From Planctopirus limnophila DSM 3776 (GTDB taxonomy: Bacteria; Planctomycetota; Planctomycetia; Planctomycetales; Planctomycetaceae): DNA of 32,000 nucleotides. Positions 26,254 through 32,000 of this stretch are shown here, one piece after another (positions within the stretch are counted from its first letter, which is position 1; each line of letters opens with the position of its first letter). Both the position numbers and the translations under genes were made by a program. Under the pieces are notes generated by a model. The model was not told where the DNA came from, did not search any database, and saw only the letters and a program-made list of their open reading frames with translations. The stretch lies in contig NC_014148.1 of NCBI RefSeq assembly GCF_000092105.1, positions 330,001-362,000 of the forward strand, written 5' to 3'.

Positions 26254-26631
26254 ATGAAGACATTTCTAAGTTTGATTGCCGCAGGAATCACAGCGATTGC
26301 CACGTCATCGAGTAACCTGGCTGAAGCAGGACCACCGGTCGTGTATCCGGTCGGGCATCACCATCATGGGGGTGGGTATCATGGAGGAGGGGCTTATGGC
26401 GGAGGGTATCATGGAGGGCCTTCGAGAAATTCCTTGTCCCTATCCATCAACGCAGGGGGAGTTGGCTTTGGTTACAACCGAGGTGGCTACTATCCTCCCG
26501 TTTACGGCCGGCCAGTCTATGGTGGGCCGGTTTATGGAGGGCCAGGTTATCAACCATATCCGCCAATTTATCGGCCTGTCCCACCGGTCTATGTGGCTCC
26601 CCGCCCATGGTACCCTGGCTGTGGCTGGTAA
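26254..26631 (+). CDS. Secreted low-complexity Gly/Tyr/His/Pro-rich protein (125 aa)
   Basis: MKTFLSLIAAGITAIATSSSNLAEA is a Sec-type signal with an AxA site. It is followed by HHHHGGGYHGGGAYGGGYHGG and GRPVYGGPVYGGPGYQPYPPIYRPVPPVYVAPRPWYPGCGW. GGGAGACGGGA lies just upstream of the ATG at 26254. Several other frames are open here because of the repeats. Confidence 0.65.
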   Translation: MKTFLSLIAAGITAIATSSSNLAEAGPPVVYPVGHHHHGGGYHGGGAYGGGYHGGPSRNSLSLSINAGGVGFGYNRGGYYPPVYGRPVYGGPVYGGPGYQPYPPIYRPVPPVYVAPRPWYPGCGW

Positions 26632-26690
26632 ATGAGAGAACCTCTTCCCCATCCACTCCATGTTTTTCTCTCAATAAAAACATTGCTGTC

Positions 26691-26728
26691 AGAAGCCGCG
26701 AGAACCGCCTCTCGTGGCTTCTGCTTTT
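26691..26728 (+). terminator. Intrinsic terminator downstream of the G/Y/H/P-rich gene
   Basis: AGAAGCCGCGAGA (26691-26703) pairs with TCTCGTGGCTTCT (26710-26722): 13 bp including one G-U, with a 6-nt loop. Followed by GCTTTTGG. Confidence 0.6.
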
Positions 26729-26840
26729 GGTCAAGAGACGATGGTCGTCATGCGATGGAGATCTCAGGCTTTTCTTGAGGTCCGACGAAAGACATACTTC
26801 TGACCATGACGTTGATGGAAGTGTTGTCGGAAAGTGCTGC

Positions 26841-27923
26841 ATGAATCCTCCCTGTCTGGTCTGTGAATATCTCTGTGCCTTTGAAGGTGAAAATCTCCCG
26901 GCCACTGATTCCGCTTCTACCGCAGAGATTCGGCGGGAAGGCGCCGCCATGCTGCAGGCGTTGACAGAAGATCTCGCTGCCAGCCAGATTCAGGTCGCGG
27001 GGCTGGTGCATGCCGGCTGGAAAGAGAGTTGGACTGGTCACCCGGGTGTGAGATGGATCTGGACAGAAGACGATGATCACTCGAGATCACTGATTCACTC
27101 GGCAATCAGTGGTGGCTGGAAAGTGGTCATTATTGCTCCCGAGATTGATGGGACACTGGCAGCTATCATCCAGTTGTGTGAGTTTCTGGGGGCCCGCGTC
27201 CATAACTCGACATCGGCAGCAATTCAGCTCACTTCGGATAAGCTGCAATTGGCAGAGCATCTGGAGAAGCACAGGATCCCGACAATCCCGACACGACTTG
27301 TTCAACACGCAGAAGAACTTGGCACACACTCCCGATATGTCGTGAAGCCGATTGACGGCGCGGGGAGTCTCGACGTCTTTGTGGTCAACGACTGGAGAGA
27401 GGCCCCAGAGACGGAGACCTGCCAGATCGTGCAACCTTACCTGCGCGGCCGGTCGGCTTCTGTGGCAGTGATTATGCCTGCCTTGGTTGATGTAGAGAAT
27501 CGTGACTCATCTGGGCAAAGCTCGATGGCATCGATTGTGTGGCCCGCGGCTTCTCAACGGATCATTGAAAGCCCGGGCGAAGGCCATCTTCCGGCCAGCC
27601 TGAAGTACCAGGGCGGTGCCTTGCCCGCAGATGAGTTCAGTCCTGAAGAACGGGCAACGCTGGAAGCCTTAGCACTTAAGGCGTGCCAATCGATCGAGGG
27701 TCTACGCGGATATACAGGCGTTGATTTGGTGTGGCCAGAGGAATCGGCAGAGCCACTGGTGGTCGAGATTAACCCCAGGCTGTGCATGAGTTATCTGGGC
27801 TATCGACAGATCTTCGGACCACAGGCAGCACTGGTCGTGGCGGGCTATAGCGAGGCTGCTGCAATGGTAGAAACTTCTGCTGATGATGGAGCTTGCTGGA
27901 AGACCAGTCGAGCGGAGTGGTAA
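26841..27923 (+). CDS. ATP-grasp domain protein, possibly COG1821 / MfnD-like (tyramine-glutamate ligase-like) class
   Basis: ATP-grasp signatures: VVKPIDGAGSLDV and GYTGVDLVWPEESAEPLVVEINPRL (E-x-N Mg-ATP motif). The N-terminal pattern CLVCEY...EGAAMLQALTEDL and VVIIAPEIDGTL resembles what I recall of COG1821 proteins. The subfamily call is low confidence. Start set at the ATG at 26841; the track ORF from 26607 runs through the upstream terminator. Confidence 0.75.
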   Translation: MNPPCLVCEYLCAFEGENLPATDSASTAEIRREGAAMLQALTEDLAASQIQVAGLVHAGWKESWTGHPGVRWIWTEDDDHSRSLIHSAISGGWKVVIIAPEIDGTLAAIIQLCEFLGARVHNSTSAAIQLTSDKLQLAEHLEKHRIPTIPTRLVQHAEELGTHSRYVVKPIDGAGSLDVFVVNDWREAPETETCQIVQPYLRGRSASVAVIMPALVDVENRDSSGQSSMASIVWPAASQRIIESPGEGHLPASLKYQGGALPADEFSPEERATLEALALKACQSIEGLRGYTGVDLVWPEESAEPLVVEINPRLCMSYLGYRQIFGPQAALVVAGYSEAAAMVETSADDGACWKTSRAEW

Positions 27924-27971
27924 ACATCACACGAATCGCAATATGAAATAGCGAGTCCAAGATTACGTCAA

Positions 27972-28002
27972 CATGCTTGCCCAAAGCTGCAAGCATGGCA
28001 CA
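27972..28002. repeat. Palindromic element, copy 2: CATGCTTGC-N8-GCAAGCATG followed by GCACA
   Basis: Read directly. Stem and GCACA tail are identical to copy 1; the loop differs. Lies between the convergent genes ending at 27923 (+) and 28032 (-). Confidence 0.85.
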
Positions 28003-28031
28003 CAGATCACTATTTCAAATGAGAATGCGTA

Positions 28032-29024
28032 TCAGTTCGTTTTTGCGGGATCCATCTTTTTGCGTTCAGCCAGCTTGGCCAGCCAGCGAACGGGATCGGC
28101 TTCAAAGGCTGATTTACAGCCTGAACAACAGACCCAGTAAGTCTGCCCCAGATAGGCGACACTGGTGGTTCCCAGGCCTTGAGAAACGATGCATTCTTTC
28201 TCGCCGTAATCGCTGTCATTGAGGGCAAAGCTGGTTCCCTCGCGCTGTGTGTTGATCGTATCAACACGCACGTAAGTCCCACTGCCACGCTGACGGTCGA
28301 GTTCGATCAGATAGCGATTGTTATCCTGCTGGCTCAGGGCGAGCTTCCAGATCTCATCGGCTGGTTCGGCTGCCTTTTCCAGAAATTCGAGTTTATAAGT
28401 ACGCTGCAGTTTGTCGTCATCACCCGCCACGTCCTGAACTTCTTTCGTAAAGCTACCCAGCCAGTTGCGAGTCACACCATCGGCATCAGTCGTGGTGAGC
28501 TGATAGGACTGATCTTTCACCAGAAAGGTCAAACGCCCTTCGCGGATGTATTTTCCAGTGGGTGACTTGATGACGAGTGCGGGCTGCTTGGGGTCGGTCG
28601 TTAAATCCCACATCCACTCCGGTTGGTCGAGGAGAGCTTTGCGGGCATTCCCTTTCCAGCGGCCCAGAAGGACCTGCAGTGGCTTCAGGGCATCCATCAC
28701 CGAATCGATCTTGGATTCATCGATCGTTTCGGTATCAGTTCCAGAACCAATGGCGCCGAGCTGAATGGGCTGGAAGCGTTTCCTGGGTGGAGTGGCTGAG
28801 GCCTGAGATGTCGCAGGAGTTTGAGAGTTGGTGGTGGCAGCGTTTGTATCTGCCTGAGTTGCGGCAGGTGCAGGTGTGGCTTGAACCGTGGGCGTCTGGG
28901 AGCCGGGAGCCTGAGAGGTGGACATGGGGGGCTTGGCACTACCGCCACAGGCCGATAGGAAGAGCAGGCTGGTCGCCAATGTACCAAACAAGCCAGCTCG
29001 CTGAACGAATTGATTGAAAACCAC
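28032..29024 (-). CDS. Lipoprotein with a Thr/Ala/Pro/Gln-rich linker and a C-terminal YHS/TRASH-like Cys motif
   Basis: A GTG at 29024 preceded by AGAGG gives MVFNQFVQRAGLFGTLATSLLFLSACGG, a signal peptide plus lipobox. The C-terminus KECIVSQGLGTTSVAYLGQTYWVCCSGCKSAFEADPVRWL resembles the YHS domain. The track ORF extends to 29135. Confidence 0.75.
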   Translation of the reverse strand: MVFNQFVQRAGLFGTLATSLLFLSACGGSAKPPMSTSQAPGSQTPTVQATPAPAATQADTNAATTNSQTPATSQASATPPRKRFQPIQLGAIGSGTDTETIDESKIDSVMDALKPLQVLLGRWKGNARKALLDQPEWMWDLTTDPKQPALVIKSPTGKYIREGRLTFLVKDQSYQLTTTDADGVTRNWLGSFTKEVQDVAGDDDKLQRTYKLEFLEKAAEPADEIWKLALSQQDNNRYLIELDRQRGSGTYVRVDTINTQREGTSFALNDSDYGEKECIVSQGLGTTSVAYLGQTYWVCCSGCKSAFEADPVRWLAKLAERKKMDPAKTN

Positions 29025-29402
29025 TTGTTCACCTCTTGTCTTCGCAACGAAATCACTATCGATGCCCGCCGGACTTCTGTTTGTCAGATTCCAGTGGGAC
29101 CAGTGCAGGCAGGTTACGCCAAGCATTTCCGGCATCAGGATACACGAGAGTAGTGCCGACGGGGAGACCGATTGGAATCAGCCCTGCTTGATGTGAGTTA
29201 CCAGTCGCTGTTACGCCCGTGATCGACACTCTTCACAATGACCTCACTCGGTACGAAAAACGTCGCGGGTGATTGGACGAAGTGAAACAAATCTGAAAAA
29301 AATAGCGGAAGTGGCATTGCTGACCACTCCCGCTGACGTGCGAAGATATTTGCCTCTGGCGATCCCAAGGTCGGACAACCAGTGACTGGAGAAAACAGCG
29401 AC

Positions 29403-30773
29403 TCAGGCTTTGAGTTTATCGAGCTTGCCTGTGCTGTCTCCCAGTCGATCCGCTGAGACACCCATGCAGTCGAGCATCGAGAGGAACAGGTTATTCAGGG
29501 GCGTATCTTTTGGATAGACCACATGCCGACCTGTATCGATCCGGCCCGAACCACCCCCTGCCAGAAGAACTGGCAGATCGTTGTGGTTGTGGCGGTCGCC
29601 ATCGCCAATTGCACTGCCGTAAACGATCATCGAATGATCGAGAACTGTGCCGTCGCCTTCCTTCATCGAATCGAGTTTTTCCAGGAAGTAAGCGAATTGT
29701 GTGATCAGGTGTCGATCGACTTTTCGCAGCTTTTCGAGATTTTCGGCCTTCTTCTGGTGATGTGAAATCTGGTGGTGACCTTCATTGACCCCCACGACTG
29801 AGTAGGAGCGGTTGGAACCCTCATTGGAGAGCATGAAGGTCGCAATGCGTGTGGAATCTGTCTGGAAGGCGAGTGCCAGCAGATCGAACATCAGCCGGGT
29901 ATGAACGATTTGATCCTTGGGAACTCCATCGGGAAGATCCATATCAGGGATCACAATCTTGGCGGAGTCGCTCGCTGCCCGTTCCAGACGCTGCTCGATT
30001 TCGCGAACGCTCGTAAAGTACTCATCGAGTTTGCGGCGGTCAGTCTTGCCCAGCTTCTGCTGAAGCTGGTCGGCATCTGCCTGAACCATATCGAGAATGC
30101 TCTGGCGGTAATGATCTCGCTTTTTACGATTCTTGATTTCATCAACGCCACCGCCAAACAAACGTTCAAAGACGAGTTTGGGCCGGATTTCTTTCGCCAT
30201 CGGTGTCGTGGGGGATTTCCACGAAATCGTATTTGAGTAAGCGCAGCTATAGCCTGAGTCGCACTGGCCGGCATTGCGGCCCCCTTCGAGCCCCAGTTCG
30301 AGCGATGGAAGTTTGGTGGCAGCACCAATCTGTGCGGCAGCCACCTGATCGACGGAAACACCGGCTTGAATATCGGCCCCGGCGGTTTTGCGAGGATGCA
30401 CACCTGTGAGGAATGTTGCTGCCGAGCGTGCATGATCACCCGGCCCGTCGCCTAAAGCCCGTGCATTGTTCTGCGCCAGGTGGGACATGACGTTGAGCTT
30501 TTCCTTGACCTTGGCAAGTGGTTCCAGTGATGGCGGGAGTGAGAAGCCGGCACCTTCTTTGACAGGCTGCCAGGAATCCATGACCACACCGTTGGGCACA
30601 AAGACAAAAGCCATGCGGTTCAGAGCTGTCGATGCCATCGCCGCTTCAGCGGTCGCCAAGTGAGCGGGAAGCATCGCTTCCAACACCGGGAGAGACATCG
30701 TCACACCCAGCCCTTTGAGCATCGTGCGGCGATCTACAGCTGATTGCCAGCGGGAGAGTTTATTGATGTTCAT
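29403..30773 (-). CDS. DUF1552 (HXXSHH) family protein with a Tat-type signal
   Basis: RRTMLKGLGVTMSLPVL is a twin-arginine leader. GHHQISHHQ matches the HXXSHH signature. The start ATG overlaps the stop of the upstream DUF1592-family gene (ATGA), the classical planctomycete pairing. Confidence 0.85.
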   Translation of the reverse strand: MNINKLSRWQSAVDRRTMLKGLGVTMSLPVLEAMLPAHLATAEAAMASTALNRMAFVFVPNGVVMDSWQPVKEGAGFSLPPSLEPLAKVKEKLNVMSHLAQNNARALGDGPGDHARSAATFLTGVHPRKTAGADIQAGVSVDQVAAAQIGAATKLPSLELGLEGGRNAGQCDSGYSCAYSNTISWKSPTTPMAKEIRPKLVFERLFGGGVDEIKNRKKRDHYRQSILDMVQADADQLQQKLGKTDRRKLDEYFTSVREIEQRLERAASDSAKIVIPDMDLPDGVPKDQIVHTRLMFDLLALAFQTDSTRIATFMLSNEGSNRSYSVVGVNEGHHQISHHQKKAENLEKLRKVDRHLITQFAYFLEKLDSMKEGDGTVLDHSMIVYGSAIGDGDRHNHNDLPVLLAGGGSGRIDTGRHVVYPKDTPLNNLFLSMLDCMGVSADRLGDSTGKLDKLKA

Positions 30774-32000
30774 AGTGTTGACCCTTCACCACGACGAAGC
30801 CGGAATGGTTCGCTCTTGACGATCTCTTTGACCAATACTGAGAAACGGAAATTCTGGGCACTTAGCTCACTATTAATACGATTCACCGAGCAGCGATCAT
30901 AATATTCCAGCCCCCGGCCCAGTGCATACGTTAGAAGCTTCTCAGTTAAACACTCGGTGAACGCTTTTTGTTTCTTGGTCTTCAGAATATTGACCATTTC
31001 GACTGGCCCGCTGAACGAATCGCCACTGGGCAATGTTCCTGAGGTATCGACTGGTTTGCCACCATCATCTTTACGATACCGGCCGATAGCATCGAAGTTT
31101 TCCAGGCCGAAGCCCAGAGTGTCCATCGTCTTATGGCACGAGGCACAAGCCGGATTTGACCGGTGTTGTTCCATCTGCTGGCGAAGTGAAAGGCCGGCGG
31201 ATTGCTCCTTTTTGTCTTCCAATTCAGGGACATTGGGGGGTGGCGCAGGAGGTGGAGAATCGAGAATCGTTTCCATAATCCATTTGCCGCGCTTCACGGG
31301 GGAAGTGCGCGTGGGGTTGGAAGTAATGGTGAGCACACTGGCCTGTGTCAGCACGCCGGCTCGATTTGTCCCGGCCAGGCTCACCTGGCGGAATTCATTC
31401 CCCTTAACATCCGGGAGGCCGTAGTGTGCGGCCAGTCGTTCATTCACAAATGTGTAGTCTCCCACGAGCAGGTCCAGAACGCTGCGGTCTTCCTGTACAA
31501 TGGCGCGGATGAACTGCCGGGTCTCTTCCTTCATGTCACGGCGCAGATCGTCATTGAACTGCGGGAAGGCTTTTGGATCAGGGGTGACTTCGTCAAGAAT
31601 GCGCAATTGCAGCCATTGTTCGGCAAAGTTCTCAACAAGCGCTGAGGATCTGGGATCCTGAAGCATGCGGCGGACCTGGGCATCGAGAATCAATTCGTTG
31701 CCGAGATCGCCCACCCGGGCATGTTCAAACAGTTCGTCATCGGGCATCGTGCTCCACAAGAAGTACGACAGCCGTGACGCCAGTTCGTACGAGTTGATGA
31801 TGTGGGCACTCTTGGGATTTTCCGGCTCTTTGTCGGATTCAATACGGAAGAGGAAATGTGGCGAAACCAGCACTGCTTGAACGGCGACCTGCATCCCGAA
31901 TTCAAAGGTTTCACCGGCTGCGGTGGCTTGCTCGACCAGACCGACAAACTTCGATAGTTCCTCGTCTTGTGGCGGACGACGGAATGCTCGCGTGACAAAC
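30770..32000 (-). CDS. DUF1592/DUF1588/DUF1585-family protein, partial (N-terminus lies beyond the window)
   Basis: My manual translation upstream of the track ATG (31894) stays open to the window edge: ...CHARFRRPPQDEELSKFVGLVEQATAAGETFEFGMQVAVQAVLVSPHFLFRIE (DUF1592-like). Further on: AGVLTQASVLTITSNPTRTSPVKRGKWIMETIL (DUF1588-like) and CASCHKTMDTLGFGLENFDAIGRYR (DUF1585-like). Confidence 0.9.
   Translation of the reverse strand, partial: FVTRAFRRPPQDEELSKFVGLVEQATAAGETFEFGMQVAVQAVLVSPHFLFRIESDKEPENPKSAHIINSYELASRLSYFLWSTMPDDELFEHARVGDLGNELILDAQVRRMLQDPRSSALVENFAEQWLQLRILDEVTPDPKAFPQFNDDLRRDMKEETRQFIRAIVQEDRSVLDLLVGDYTFVNERLAAHYGLPDVKGNEFRQVSLAGTNRAGVLTQASVLTITSNPTRTSPVKRGKWIMETILDSPPPAPPPNVPELEDKKEQSAGLSLRQQMEQHRSNPACASCHKTMDTLGFGLENFDAIGRYRKDDGGKPVDTSGTLPSGDSFSGPVEMVNILKTKKQKAFTECLTEKLLTYALGRGLEYYDRCSVNRINSELSAQNFRFSVLVKEIVKSEPFRLRRGEGSTL

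Noticed and set aside
26254-27923. Small repeat peptide + ATP-grasp as a graspetide/microviridin-like RiPP cluster.
   Set aside because: The small protein has a Sec signal rather than a leader peptide. It almost lacks the Thr/Ser-Asp/Glu-Lys residues needed for ATP-grasp macrocyclisation. An intrinsic terminator separates the two genes. The ATP-grasp looks more like the small-molecule-ligase (COG1821-like) class.
29403-30773. Initial reading of this gene as DUF1501.
   Set aside because: It has the HxxSHH signature (GHHQISHHQ) and is paired with a DUF1592/1588/1585-type gene rather than a DUF1549/1553 one. Both points fit DUF1552 better. This needs an HMM search to confirm.
31690-31998. Minus-strand 102-aa ORF at the right edge.
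   Set aside because: It is out of frame with, and fully inside, the DUF1592-family reading frame, which stays open to the window edge and carries the family motifs.

Overview
This 32-kb chromosomal segment has gene content that points to a member of the Planctomycetota. The pointers are a DUF1592-family / DUF1552 (HXXSHH) gene pair, a DUF1569/DinB-like protein, a >1000-aa HEAT-repeat lipoprotein, and many genes without obvious Shine-Dalgarno sites. Left to right the window holds: (1) an orphan 204-aa ORF behind a repeat-bearing leader; (2) a CBS-pair protein divergent from a MarR regulator plus a P2-type (Ca2+-ATPase-like) P-type ATPase; (3) uppS plus a small CxxC protein; (4) a respiratory complex I membrane-arm operon nuoH-J-K-L-M-N, without nuoI, with an extra 152-aa ORF coupled to nuoN; (5) a ~420-bp noncoding tract; (6) three poorly characterised genes (374-aa orphan, DUF1569-like, ~1020-aa HEAT lipoprotein); (7) an AI-2E family transporter; (8) a tandem-ACT protein plus UPF0210/DUF711 pair; (9) a small coiled-coil ORF; (10) a secreted Gly/Tyr/His/Pro-rich protein; (11) a stand-alone ATP-grasp enzyme; (12) a YHS-like lipoprotein; (13) the DUF1552 / DUF1592-family pair, the latter running off the right edge. 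I saw no rRNA, tRNA, CRISPR array, transposase, integrase, phage or recognisable defence genes, so this looks like mostly core chromosome. I cannot identify one clear-cut new system. The best candidates for follow-up, in order: the ACT + DUF711 module (function unknown anywhere, to my knowledge); the nuoI-less nuo operon with its coupled 152-aa ORF and structured downstream noncoding tract; the secreted G/Y/H/P-rich protein next to an orphan ATP-grasp; and a 31-nt palindromic element present at two convergent gene junctions. All family calls are from motif recognition by eye; no database search was run.
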